Origin: Candidatus Bathyarchaeota archaeon
GTDB taxonomy: Archaea > Thermoproteota > Bathyarchaeia > 40CM-2-53-6
NCBI GenBank assembly: GCA_005884195.1
Contig: VBBP01000051.1
Coordinates: forward strand, 1,550-65,549
Direction: 5' to 3'
Length of the DNA: 64,000 nt
Every line of letters starts with the position of its first letter. Within the stretch, counting starts at the first letter, position 1. A program made the translations under genes and the position numbers. The notes beneath the pieces are model-generated. The model did no database searches and was not told the origin of the DNA. It was given only the letters and a program-made list of their open reading frames with translations. This document shows positions 47,123 to 57,612 of this stretch, piece after piece.

Positions 47123-49333
47123 CTAGGACTTGCCAGTCTTGTAAAGATCAGTGAGAAGTTGGATAACTTCTCTATGGTTTCTCAGGTTGAATTTGGCATA
47201 GGACTTGGCAAGTCCTACCTTGATCGAATATGCTTGATCCGGAATCGCTTCGAAAAGATCTTCGTCGGCCCAATCATCGCCCATCGCTAGCACGAAGTCG
47301 AAGGTGCTCTCGGACAGCAGTAGTTTCGCGGCCATTCCTTTGTTTATTCCAACGTTTCTCACCTCGATTGATTTGCTGCCCTGTAATACTTGGATCTCAG
47401 TGTTTTCAGTGAAGTAAGATAATTCATCGGCAAGTTCTTTTGATCGGACGTACGCGAGCTCTGGGTCTGCTGCTCGGAAATGCCAGACAAGTGAGAACTC
47501 CTTTTCCTCTAAGAGAGACCCTGGTAAGCGGTCTTCATAGCCTTGGAGGGTGGGTCGGACTTTCTCTTTCCAGTTGCTCTCAGCCTTTATTGTTGGAGAC
47601 CAGTCTTTGTTTTTTTGTCTGATCCAGGCTCCGTGCTCAGCGACGATTCCTATGTTGAGGGTGCCGAACCACTCTTGCAATAGGCTTCGATTTCGTCCGC
47701 TGATTATCACTAGGTTATTTCGTGGATCTTCTGAGAGCGTATTGAGGACTGTTATGAGGGTCTTTTCGGGAACTGCTGTTTCGGGACGTGCCTTGAATGG
47801 TGATAGTGTCCCGTCATAGTCCAAGAATAATATTCTATTTTGTGAGGTATCATAGTCTTTGATCATTTTTTCTCTGGTTGCTGCATCAAGAAGCTTAGCG
47901 CTGAATTTCTTCTGTTCTTCTTTGATCGAGTGCAGTTTTTTGGTGAAATCTTGCCCCCATTTGATGACATCGTAGCGCTCTAGTCTGGTCTGCATTGCCT
48001 GGTTGCGACGCGCTTGTTCCGATTCGGGCATTTCAAGCGCGGTCTTTATCGCATCAACTATCTCAGATGTGTCGTTAGGGTTTATGATGAGAGCTTCGCC
48101 CAGCTCTCTGGAGGCCCCTGCCATCTCGCTGAGAATTAGGACTCCTTTCTGGTCTATTTTCGATGCAATGTATTCTTTGGCAACAAGGTTCATTCCATCT
48201 CTTAGAGGAGTTACTAACGCAACATCGCTGATCGAAAAAAGACTCAAAAGTTGATTGTAGGGCAGGAACCTGTACCGGTAAACTATAGGGGTCCAGTCAA
48301 TGGTTCCGTGTCTTCCATTGATGTTGCCCACCAGCTTGTCGATCTCCTCCTTCATCTGATCGTAATGTTCTGCTCCTAGTCTTGATGGCACAACTGACAA
48401 TACCAAGACAACCTTCCGTTGCCATTGAGGGTAGCGCTCCAGAAATATCGCGTAAGCTTCTAGACGATGCTTGATCCCTTTGGTATAGTCAAGCCTATCT
48501 TGGGACAGTATTATCTTTCGATTGCCAAGTCTCTCGCGGAGCCCATGGCCCTCTTTTTGGATATCGTCACTCGCAGCTGCGCCACGAATCTCGCGATAGT
48601 CAACCCCCATTGGAAAGGTGTCAACCTTTATCGTCCTTTCTCCACCAATAAGGACCTGGCCGAAGCTATGTTCTTGGCCGAGAATTCGGAGTATGCATCT
48701 GAGAAAGTGCTGTGTGTAGTCTATTGTGTGGAATCCTATCAAATCCGCCCCAAGAATCCCTTCGAGTATTTCTTTGCGCCACTTGGTTGGGAGCGTTCGG
48801 AAGATGTCGTATGAAGGAAAGGGAGTGTGGAGGAAAAACCCGAGTGACACGTCTGGAAGTTTCTCTCTCAACAATCTAGGAAGGAGCATGAGGTGATAGT
48901 CGTGGACCCAGACGGTATCGTTAGGCTGGTACAACTTCAGGACGGAATCTCGAAACGCCTCATTCACCTTCACGTACTGAACCCAGTCTTCTTCCCGGAA
49001 CTTGGCGTATGTGGGAAAATAGTGGAAAAGTGGCCACAGTGTGCTGTTGCATAATCCACGGTAGAACCTCTCCATGGTCTCCGCGTCGAGAAAGACAGGG
49101 GATGCTTTTTGTTTGGCAGCCTTTGATCTCAACTGCTCTCGGAAGCTCTCTTCAATATCTATACCGGGCCAGCCGATCCACAAGTAATCAGATCTGGACG
49201 GGCTTTGTCGCGCCCAATCTAGGTACGCGGTTAGACCCGAAACAAGTCCTCCTGGGCTCGCGTGGAAGACGAGCCTCTCGTCGCGCCTGCTAACTGTGAA
49301 GGGCAGTCTGTTAGATACGACTAGAAGAGTCAT
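47123..49333 (-). CDS. tpsp: Bifunctional trehalose-6-phosphate synthase/phosphatase
   Basis: VSNRLP, WVHDYHL, DRLDYTKG, RDGMNLVAKEY; HAD domain DYDGTL, GDD..DE. Confidence 0.96.
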   Translation of the reverse strand: MTLLVVSNRLPFTVSRRDERLVFHASPGGLVSGLTAYLDWARQSPSRSDYLWIGWPGIDIEESFREQLRSKAAKQKASPVFLDAETMERFYRGLCNSTLWPLFHYFPTYAKFREEDWVQYVKVNEAFRDSVLKLYQPNDTVWVHDYHLMLLPRLLREKLPDVSLGFFLHTPFPSYDIFRTLPTKWRKEILEGILGADLIGFHTIDYTQHFLRCILRILGQEHSFGQVLIGGERTIKVDTFPMGVDYREIRGAAASDDIQKEGHGLRERLGNRKIILSQDRLDYTKGIKHRLEAYAIFLERYPQWQRKVVLVLSVVPSRLGAEHYDQMKEEIDKLVGNINGRHGTIDWTPIVYRYRFLPYNQLLSLFSISDVALVTPLRDGMNLVAKEYIASKIDQKGVLILSEMAGASRELGEALIINPNDTSEIVDAIKTALEMPESEQARRNQAMQTRLERYDVIKWGQDFTKKLHSIKEEQKKFSAKLLDAATREKMIKDYDTSQNRILFLDYDGTLSPFKARPETAVPEKTLITVLNTLSEDPRNNLVIISGRNRSLLQEWFGTLNIGIVAEHGAWIRQKNKDWSPTIKAESNWKEKVRPTLQGYEDRLPGSLLEEKEFSLVWHFRAADPELAYVRSKELADELSYFTENTEIQVLQGSKSIEVRNVGINKGMAAKLLLSESTFDFVLAMGDDWADEDLFEAIPDQAYSIKVGLAKSYAKFNLRNHREVIQLLTDLYKTGKS

Positions 49334-49542
49334 GCTCGTTGGTTCTTTCGGATTTTTCTTAGACCGGTCTAACTAGCCATTAAGATTGTTAGTAACCCAT
49401 CCTTAAACCAGCCGAGTTTAGGTTCGAACATGTCAATTCTGTCCGATTCAAAAGGTCAATCCGCTAGAGTGTCCAAGTTTCCTGGTTTTGGGTGGAGTCT
49501 TTGCGAGCAAATGTCTTAGCTCGAATGGTGGGCTCAGACTTC

Positions 49543-49926
49543 ATGGAAGAAATTGAGGTCGTTCGTAACTCAGAGCTGAAGGCAGGTTATTCGACTCTAG
49601 GGATAGTTCGTGAGAAAGCGTTTGAGTCAATCGGCCGATATGTCATTGTTTCAAAGACTATAATTGCGAGCGGAGCCGTGTCGGATTGGCATCATCACGG
49701 AAAAAGGCATCTCTATGGGTTCCTCGAGTCGGGGCGTATGCGCTTAGAATATGGTGCGAAAGGTGCTAGTGCGGTTGATGTTGGGAGGGGGGATTTCTTT
49801 CATATTCCTCCGCGCTTGGTTCATCGCGATGTGAATCCGGACAAAGAACAAAGGGTTGTTGTTGTAAACATTCTCGTCGGAAGGGGAGACCCGGTCATTA
49901 ACGTCAAGACGCCAGAGCAAGATTGA
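49543..49926 (+). CDS. Cupin domain protein
   Basis: WHHHG and GDFFHIPPRLVHRD. Confidence 0.85.
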   Translation: MEEIEVVRNSELKAGYSTLGIVREKAFESIGRYVIVSKTIIASGAVSDWHHHGKRHLYGFLESGRMRLEYGAKGASAVDVGRGDFFHIPPRLVHRDVNPDKEQRVVVVNILVGRGDPVINVKTPEQD

Positions 49927-49947
49927 GTAGTGAAGTTCTCTCAATGT

Positions 49948-50379
49948 CTACTTTAGTTTCTTGGGGTCCCACTCTAGAGAGTCTGCGTTTATCTTCTCCG
50001 CCTTAAGTGCGGTCTTCAGTCCAACTAGCACGTTCGTGAATGTATAGCCTGCTCCTAGGCGGAGAACGTGGTGTACAACTGGCTGCTTGTGAAGTTGGTA
50101 GATTGAGTCTGAAGGGAACGACGAATTAAGCCAGAAGATGATTGGATTCTTGATCTTCCCATTATACTGGACAAGTTGGCGGGCAAGAATGTGATTCGGC
50201 GGATTATCGCGCGCATGGAGCCTCTCGTCAAACTCGAAGCTCTGCCCAACTTGGATCATAGCGGTTCCTCTCCGCGCATGCAGCATTACTTGAGGAGATA
50301 GCACGCAGGCAGGACATTTGGATAGCCACTCTCTCAACTGCTTCTCGTAAGACTCAACCGCGTCATCGAAAGAACTCAT
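49948..50379 (-). CDS. Hypothetical protein
   Basis: 143-aa ORF from MSSFDDAVES; no family recognised. Confidence 0.55.
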   Translation of the reverse strand: MSSFDDAVESYEKQLREWLSKCPACVLSPQVMLHARRGTAMIQVGQSFEFDERLHARDNPPNHILARQLVQYNGKIKNPIIFWLNSSFPSDSIYQLHKQPVVHHVLRLGAGYTFTNVLVGLKTALKAEKINADSLEWDPKKLK

Positions 50380-50505
50380 TCCTAGATAAATAGTGCCTCT
50401 TGATAATAGAGTTGTTGACAGTGTCGCATGGTAGACGCTATCTTTGCGACTGGTCATCCGCCAATTAACGAAATGTAAGAATCTTGGTATTGTGACTGAG
50501 CCTGA

Positions 50506-50520
50506 TTGGTGCGGGGGGTG
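50506..50520 (-). repeat. Duplicated tRNA-Leu 3' end (att-like direct repeat)
   Basis: TTGGTGCGGGGGGTG identical to 56216-56230. Confidence 0.8.
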
Positions 50521-50890
50521 AGCACTGCACCATAACTGCAAATCGCTTACGTTAGAAAACCCAGCGGATTCTCAACGTTTCATCCTTGAACACACATAAG
50601 ACGATTCCATCAAAAGCATAGTGCCGAGACAGTAGCCATGCTCTGGGTCAATCACCCGCACCACGTGAGCTGGATTAGGCGCAGACTCCCAGACAAGCGC
50701 GATTTAACAGTAGCTCGCTCTTCTGCTAATCGCACCCGCATGCCAAATCGGTTCGGGACTCGTAAATTGTACAAATAGTGGACCACCATCTTTATTTGTT
50801 ATCTAGAACAGCCCTTCGCTGGAGGGAGAAAGAGTTGATCCTGACCGAACCGCCTAATACCGGGGATATACCGGGCATACTCTAAGAGGC

Positions 50891-53800
50891 TTGATCATGA
50901 TACCAAGATCACGCCTGCTTACCCTACTCCTCATATTCACAGTGTTATGCTCATTAGCATTACAGATTCCTCGATCATACTCCGTACCAAACTATTCGCC
51001 GGGCGTGAAGACTGGAGACTCAGTGACGTATGGACAATTCAGCTTCAACGGGACCTCACCCTATCCCGTATTCCCTGCAAACCTCAGCAGCATCAAACTG
51101 ACGATCCTGGGAGTAAACGCTCAGACCAGCAACGTCAACGCGTCACTAGTGTACATCTACAAGAACGGGACACAGTCCACCCAGAACCTTTCAGGCAACA
51201 CAGTCAATGGGCAGGGAAACCTGTTCCCATATCTTGTAGCCGGCAACTTGACCGCGGGAAACCTCCTCTTCAACTCGTCCTTTGGTTTCAACTACGCGTT
51301 CAACGAGACGGTCGAGAGAGTGTACGCTGGTGCCTTGCGTTCTGTTGATCTTCTCAACCTGACTCTCACATCGCCCGGACAGTCCGCCCTTGTCCAGTTC
51401 TACTGGGATGCCCAGACAGGCTTTCTACTGGACGCGTCGGAGTCTGTTAGCTACTCCTACCCAGGCGCATCCTTCTCGATTCACTTCAAGGCCACGGATA
51501 CAAACGTCTGGACGCCGAACACGAGCCAAGACTACTCACTAGACGCGTCTGCGCTGTCATCCGGGATATTACATAGAGGCGAATCAACCAGCTTTAGGCT
51601 AGACCTTGCTAGCCTGAACGGTTTCGCGGGCACTGTAAGCTTCGTCCTCACCAATCTTGCTCTGAACAACACGCAGCCGCCCACAGTCAATATGAATCCG
51701 ACTAACGTCACACTCTCGAATGGAAGTAGCGCCAGCGCAATCGTAACAGTCTCGGTCAACTCGACAACCTCTCTGGGACAGTTTGTCATTGGACTAAACG
51801 GGACAAGCGGTCTGATAAATCACCAAGCAAGACTCTTAGTCGTTGTAGCTCCGCCGGATTTCATTGTCGGCGCCAACCCGGGCAATCTCACAATCTCACA
51901 AGGAGCAACTAAGACATCCACGATCACCGTCACAGGAAGGGGAGACTTCACCGGAACCGTCATACTTCAACTCCAGACCCAACCACCCTTCGGGACATTT
52001 GTAACCGCAACTCTCGGCCCGACATCCCTAACGCTCAATTCGACCATGACGAGCGCTACATCGACCCTGACGGTGTCCGCTCTAAACTCTCAACCGGGCC
52101 TGACCTCTGTCGGAATCAACGCCAACAGCGGAAACATCTACCGAACACTCTACATTCCAGTCAACGTCACGGGACCAGACTTCCGAATAACAGCCAATCC
52201 GCTCTCCCTCACCCTCAAACAAGGACAGACAGACCAGTCCCTAATCACACTAACCAGCATCATGGGCTTCTCGGGTCTAGTCAGTCTCTCAACCAACACC
52301 TACGGCGGCATATCCAGCACTCTAAGCAGCACAGCCGCGAATCTGCCCGCTGGTGGACAAGTCAACACGACCCTCACAATAACGGCTTTCGCAAATTCCG
52401 TTCCGGGATTCGCCTCGGTTTATCTGACCGGTACCAGCTCAAGCGGACTTAGCCGCTCAGTATACATCTCGGTCAACGTCACGGGTCCAGACTTTAGATT
52501 CACATCCAGCAATGCGTTCTTCAGCCTCCAACCAGGACAGAATGCAAGTGCAACAATCACACTCTTGTCTGTTGAAGGGTTCACTGGAACTATCAACCTT
52601 ACCGTGTCCACCAACGGCCCCGTCGAAGCGACGGTCAACCCGTTTGTGCTGACCCTCAACTCTACCCAGACCTCGACTACCAGTACTCTCAGACTTACCG
52701 TGCTCCCCGCCACTCCTTCCACGTTCGCCCAAGTTGATGTTAGAGCCACCAGCGGGAACTTGGTTCACGATGTCTTCGTCAGCATCAGCGTGACTGGCCC
52801 AGATTTCAGCATCGTGACAAGCCCGTCCTTCCTCTCGATTCCTCAGGGGGGATCTGACCAGTCAACGGTGTCGCTGTCGAGCATTGACAATTTGTCCGGA
52901 AACGTTACACTCGCCGCGTCATCATTCCTTCCGACCACGTTCAGCAACAATCCGGTCAGTCTTTCAGCTGGTGGAACAGCCAGTACAACGCTAACGATCC
53001 AAGTTCCATTGAATACTGCTCCTGGCTATTATTATGTAGGAATAACAGGGATTAGCGGCGCGCTGGTCCGGTACAGCAGCGTCCAAGTCTACGTAATTGG
53101 ACCCGACTTTTCCATCACAGCGACGCCCTCCTTCCTGCCCATCCTTCAAGGCGCAAGCAGCAATTCCACGATCTCGATAACGAGCGTAGACAACCTATCA
53201 GGCACGGTCAACATGTCGGTCTTTACGTCTGGACCGATCGCAGTAACCCCCTTTAACACGACCCTAGCAGTCTCACCAAACTCGACAATCACGACCACGC
53301 TCCAGTTCTCCGCCGGGCCCAACTTGGCTCCAGGCTACTACAATGCCGTAGTAACGGCGTCTCTGGGATCAATTTCTCATTCAACATACATCACTATCCA
53401 AGTCATAGGGCCCGATTTCAACATCTTCTCAACGCCAGGAGCGCTGACGCTGGAACGAGGTGGGACGGGAGTGGCGACCCTCCTCCTTAGCAGCCTGGAC
53501 GGGTTTAGTGGGAACGTCTCCCTCACAGTATCTTCGAATGGTCTCAACGCGACAGCGGCAAGCACAATCCTAGCACTTTCCTCTGGCGGCACAGCTAGCA
53601 CCGCCATCACAATAACGGCTCCCCAGACAGCATTACCCAACGCATACTACTACGTCCTAGTCCAAGCAACGAGCGGCATGATAATTCACACGCTGCAGAT
53701 CTATGTCGAAGTCATCGCTCCAGACTTCAGCATGCTGTCGAACCCTGCCCAGCTATTCATTCGAGCGGGAGGCTCAGCCCAGTCGACAATTCAGCTGACA

Positions 53801-55987
53801 AGCCTCAACGGCTTCAACGGCACTGTCATGTTATCGACGTTTCCCCCTAGCGGCGGCAACTTCACCTCACCAATCAGCGCGGTGCTCAGCGCTTCCAACG
53901 TCACACTTAGCCCTGGAGAGTCGGTCTCAGTCGTCCTCAACATCACGGCCACCGCAGCTTCAGCGGGCGAAGTCTTCAACGTCGGAGTGACGGGTCAGAG
54001 CGACGGTCTGACACATTTCGCATCCGTCTTCGTAACGGTTACAGGGCCAAGCTTCATGCTCTCCCCGAACGCTGGATTTCTCACAGTGCCTCAGGGCGGT
54101 TCGGCCAGCCTCAACATCACCACGACCAGTGTTAACGGTTTCTCTGGAAACGTCAGCCTCTCATTGGGCCTCGCATTTGGTTTGCAAGGGTCGCTCTCGC
54201 CCCAGAATGTTACCCTGGCTGCTGGAGGCAGTGTGGTCTCGGTACTCGATGTGACCGCTCCCCTTACAATACAACCCGGTTTCTATGGCATCCTCATAAC
54301 AGGAACGAATGGGGCGATGACCAGGAACACCTTCATCCAAGTCCAAGTGATAGGTGCATCCTTCGCCCTAACAGCCAACCCGATTTTCATGGTGCTGAAT
54401 CCGGGCTCATCAGGCAACTCGACGATCACTCTGAACGGATCCGGATTTTCCGGCACGATCAGCCTCTCAATCTTCTCCTTCCCCTCAGGGCTGACAACGA
54501 ATCTCAATCCGTCTAGCGTTACGCTCAACTCGACCATGACCTCAGCCACTTCCGCATTGACCATAACAGCCCCCACGGGCGTGGCACCGGGGATTCATGA
54601 GGTCGGAGTCTCGGCGAGCGGCAACGGTATCGTGGAAAACATCACAATCTTCGTCAAGGTACCGGGCGGAGACTTTACTTTCTTCGCAAATCCGGGCTCT
54701 TTAATACTCCACCAGGGCGGGTCTGCCTCGACGACCCTCGCCATGTCCGCCGTGGGCGGTTTCAGAGGATTCATCAATTTCACCGCCTACGCCCTCGGCC
54801 CAGGACAGGGCCTAGCGGAATCGTTCACTCCGTTCAACGTCACGCTCTCAATGACGAACCCGAACGCGACCGTGGCAATGACAGTCTCGGCTCTCCCTGA
54901 CACGCCGATCGGATCTTACTCAATAATAGTCAACGCCATCAGCTTCGCCGGCGGCAACCTTACCATCCACTCAATCACTGTCAACGCAACGGTGCTGCCG
55001 AGACCTGATTTCACAATCGCTGTCACTCCGATCTTCATGAACATCATCCAGGGAACAAGCGGCACATTCACCTTCACCCTGACAAGCCAGAACTCTTTCA
55101 GCGGCCACATCGCTATGACCGCCACACTCACTCCTCCAGGGCCCACTGCCAGTTTCCCTAACAGCACACTCTTCCTCGGAGCTGGCATGACGGTCACCTC
55201 CACGCTCAAGTTCAATGGAAACAGCGCTGTAGGGTTCTATAATGTGACCATCAGCGCCGCTGCGGGAGGGCTTTCTCATCAGGTCGTAGTGAACATCTAC
55301 ATCGCGCCAAAGCCCGACTATTCACTGTCAGGGAACACATCTGGTCTGATAATCGTCTCCGGATCATCTGCCACCTCAACCATATCCGTATCACCGGTCA
55401 ATGGCTTCGTCGCCCCCGTCATACTATCCGCCTCAGCACCCGCAGGATTCACCACAAGCTTCAGCGTCAACCCAATACCGGGAGGCGCTGGAACCTCAAC
55501 TCTTACAATCGTCCTCGCCAGCTCCGTAACCACTGGCAACTACACCGTCACTGTGACAGGTGCAAGCGGGTCCCTCACGCACTCTGCAACTATCACTGTC
55601 ACAGTAGCCGCGTCCTCGAAAGCGACCCTCATCGAGTCCCAGATCTCTTGGACCCACAAGCTAAGCCTGAGCAAGAACGCCAACACTCAGACATTCACGC
55701 TAACGGTAAAAAACACCGGGAAAGGCCCAGTGTACATTCAGCTCCTCGCAGCAGGCAACTCGACAAATCTAGCAACATTCTTCACGGTCCGGTCAAGCGT
55801 GGTCATGCTGTCACCCGGTTCATCGACCACGATAAGCCTCAGCCAGCCCTTCAACTCGACAAGCATCGGCATAAAGTTCAACTTCACAATTCAGCTCTTC
55901 TACGGAACAAGCATAGACCGGTCAGGAAATATTCTCAGCCCGCAGGTAGTACAAGCCGTGAAAGGAACGTTCACAATTGTCCAATAG
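50891..55987 (+). CDS. Giant secreted surface protein with 13 tandem Ig-like repeats
   Basis: Signal peptide; about 100-aa repeats starting PDF/DYS/PSF with GFSG.V.L; S/T/N-rich with many N-x-S/T sequons. Confidence 0.9.
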   Translation: MIMIPRSRLLTLLLIFTVLCSLALQIPRSYSVPNYSPGVKTGDSVTYGQFSFNGTSPYPVFPANLSSIKLTILGVNAQTSNVNASLVYIYKNGTQSTQNLSGNTVNGQGNLFPYLVAGNLTAGNLLFNSSFGFNYAFNETVERVYAGALRSVDLLNLTLTSPGQSALVQFYWDAQTGFLLDASESVSYSYPGASFSIHFKATDTNVWTPNTSQDYSLDASALSSGILHRGESTSFRLDLASLNGFAGTVSFVLTNLALNNTQPPTVNMNPTNVTLSNGSSASAIVTVSVNSTTSLGQFVIGLNGTSGLINHQARLLVVVAPPDFIVGANPGNLTISQGATKTSTITVTGRGDFTGTVILQLQTQPPFGTFVTATLGPTSLTLNSTMTSATSTLTVSALNSQPGLTSVGINANSGNIYRTLYIPVNVTGPDFRITANPLSLTLKQGQTDQSLITLTSIMGFSGLVSLSTNTYGGISSTLSSTAANLPAGGQVNTTLTITAFANSVPGFASVYLTGTSSSGLSRSVYISVNVTGPDFRFTSSNAFFSLQPGQNASATITLLSVEGFTGTINLTVSTNGPVEATVNPFVLTLNSTQTSTTSTLRLTVLPATPSTFAQVDVRATSGNLVHDVFVSISVTGPDFSIVTSPSFLSIPQGGSDQSTVSLSSIDNLSGNVTLAASSFLPTTFSNNPVSLSAGGTASTTLTIQVPLNTAPGYYYVGITGISGALVRYSSVQVYVIGPDFSITATPSFLPILQGASSNSTISITSVDNLSGTVNMSVFTSGPIAVTPFNTTLAVSPNSTITTTLQFSAGPNLAPGYYNAVVTASLGSISHSTYITIQVIGPDFNIFSTPGALTLERGGTGVATLLLSSLDGFSGNVSLTVSSNGLNATAASTILALSSGGTASTAITITAPQTALPNAYYYVLVQATSGMIIHTLQIYVEVIAPDFSMLSNPAQLFIRAGGSAQSTIQLTSLNGFNGTVMLSTFPPSGGNFTSPISAVLSASNVTLSPGESVSVVLNITATAASAGEVFNVGVTGQSDGLTHFASVFVTVTGPSFMLSPNAGFLTVPQGGSASLNITTTSVNGFSGNVSLSLGLAFGLQGSLSPQNVTLAAGGSVVSVLDVTAPLTIQPGFYGILITGTNGAMTRNTFIQVQVIGASFALTANPIFMVLNPGSSGNSTITLNGSGFSGTISLSIFSFPSGLTTNLNPSSVTLNSTMTSATSALTITAPTGVAPGIHEVGVSASGNGIVENITIFVKVPGGDFTFFANPGSLILHQGGSASTTLAMSAVGGFRGFINFTAYALGPGQGLAESFTPFNVTLSMTNPNATVAMTVSALPDTPIGSYSIIVNAISFAGGNLTIHSITVNATVLPRPDFTIAVTPIFMNIIQGTSGTFTFTLTSQNSFSGHIAMTATLTPPGPTASFPNSTLFLGAGMTVTSTLKFNGNSAVGFYNVTISAAAGGLSHQVVVNIYIAPKPDYSLSGNTSGLIIVSGSSATSTISVSPVNGFVAPVILSASAPAGFTTSFSVNPIPGGAGTSTLTIVLASSVTTGNYTVTVTGASGSLTHSATITVTVAASSKATLIESQISWTHKLSLSKNANTQTFTLTVKNTGKGPVYIQLLAAGNSTNLATFFTVRSSVVMLSPGSSTTISLSQPFNSTSIGIKFNFTIQLFYGTSIDRSGNILSPQVVQAVKGTFTIVQ

Positions 55988-56216
55988 ACCCCAGACAGGA
56001 AATTCGTTCAGAACGGGCCCAGAAAACCCTCCTGAAAAGGGCCGCCTGCTGGTCAATTTCGGAAACGCGAACGACCCGCACTTGACAACTATCGATCTCC
56101 CCAATTCACGCCAACACCTTGAAACCCCGTAAAAACTGTTCAGATCGGCGATCTGTTCCGACGGACCCCTTCTAGAAAGAAATTTTTCCTCGTGTATTGT
56201 GAGGTATCTGCCAGTT

Positions 56217-56304
56217 TGGTGCGGGGGGTGGGATTTGAACCCACGAACCCCTACGGGACAGGGTCCTGAGCCCTGCGCCTTTGACCTGTCTTGGCAACCC
56301 CCGC
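56217..56304 (-). tRNA. tRNA-Leu(CAG), CCA encoded
   Basis: GCGGGGG acceptor stem, anticodon arm CAGGG-CTCAGGA-CCCTG, long variable arm, GGTTCAAATCC, ACCA end. Confidence 0.97.
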
Positions 56305-56509
56305 GTGCGAGCGACAGAAAGAATCTTCTTTGATAAAGGCTTGAGTTGCGTTGCGTAGCTCAGCTGCAAAGGAGGACTGCGCAAAAAAATAAGCATACTT
56401 TTCTCGACCCGGGGCAGTCGATTTTCCCGTGCCCTGCCCTTCGTGATAAGAAGCAAAAAGTGCTTCGAAAAAGTGGGAGTTTCACATTTTCAGGATGCGT
56501 TATCCATTG

Positions 56510-56839
56510 TTACTTGGTTCGCTCTAGGATAATCTCTATGGTGGAAACGTTCCGTGCATCCTGGCCTTCACCGACGATCTCCGTGCCCAAGTGTACATTC
56601 TTGGCTAGGCCGCCTTGGAAGAAGCGGTTGTTCACCACTTCGGCCACGTCGACGGCAGTGCTGATGGCTCGTCCACGAGCCTTTAGGGTCAGCTTCTTGG
56701 CGCCCGTGTTATAGTGCATCATGACCGCCGTAGCATAGGCCATGATCGGCTTCTTGCCGATCAGTATAGTGTCCGCTGGGATATCAGTTCTGCGCATTTG
56801 GGTAGGAGCCCTCTCTGCCTTCTTTGGTTCTTCTGACAT
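56510..56839 (-). CDS. albA: Alba chromatin protein
   Basis: ILIGKKPIMAY, KARGRAISTAVDVAE, VSTIEI; RBS GGAGGTGA before ATG 56839. Confidence 0.96.
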   Translation of the reverse strand: MSEEPKKAERAPTQMRRTDIPADTILIGKKPIMAYATAVMMHYNTGAKKLTLKARGRAISTAVDVAEVVNNRFFQGGLAKNVHLGTEIVGEGQDARNVSTIEIILERTK

Positions 56840-57555
56840 TCGTTCACCTCCGAGACATCGGTAGTACGTTGTACGCAAACGCTCGCTATGCGCTGACCTC
56901 CCTTATGAGCCTACCCTTTTTTCTCTCTCACAAAAAGTAGAATTGGTCGAAACTTTGCCGATGCTTAACGAGCGCCGTAGGAAAATCGCTCGGAACCAGT
57001 CCTGTTCTCGAATACAAGCCCACCTTTCCAAGAAACTGTCACCTTCCCACCAATGTAATGCAGAAGTAGGTCTTCCGAGCAGCGATTCTCTGCGCTGCTT
57101 TCTTATGTATCAACGAACTATGATTAGCGTGACCATTGTCAAGGACAAAGAACTGCGAGCTCTGCGGCACAGACTTCGAGTGCAAAGGTCTACTCGGCTG
57201 TTGGTGTAGGTCCATCAAGGTGTCGCGCGAGCAGCTGCGCGAGCTCTCTAAGCGGACCTCTGACTGTGTTTGTCCCGACTGTCTTCCTGAAACACAAGGA
57301 TAGAGATTCCCACGCCAGAATCTATTTTGTCAAGACATCTACTTTCGTTCGCTGACCTAGCCTAATCTCAATCTTGTCATGACCAGAAAAGAGCAGTTGC
57401 TGGAACCGAATCCTATCGTCCCGGCAATTCTCAAAGTCCTGTGAGATACTGATGTCCTGCGAAGACAAATTTTCCTCCCGCGCCTACTCTGGTCATTGCA
57501 TGATAAGGAGAAAAAAAGAAGAAAGGCTTGGGGTGAGGATTTTTAGGCTCTATTC

Positions 57556-57612
57556 CTACATGCCGCCTTTCTTCTTCGACTTTTTCTTCTTAGCGTTCGT
57601 CGGCTTGTTCAC
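57556..57612 (-). CDS. Putative lysine-rich micropeptide MNKPTNAKKKKSKKKGGM
   Basis: GTG start about 30 nt after CTTAAG; oligo-T tract after the stop. Confidence 0.5.
   Translation of the reverse strand: MNKPTNAKKKKSKKKGGM

Larger units (their letters stand above)
50506..56230. mobile_element. Putative tRNA-integrated island (5.7 kb, no integrase) carrying one surface-protein gene
   Basis: 15-bp direct repeats of the tRNA 3' end bound the segment. Confidence 0.6.

Noticed and set aside
50380..50541. N-terminal extension of ORF 49948-50541
   Set aside because: It runs through the att-like repeat; ATG 50379 is the more plausible start.
51532..55539. Many minus-strand ORFs inside the surface protein gene (and similar shadows inside nrdJ, ths and the permease)
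   Set aside because: Antisense shadows of codon-biased real genes.
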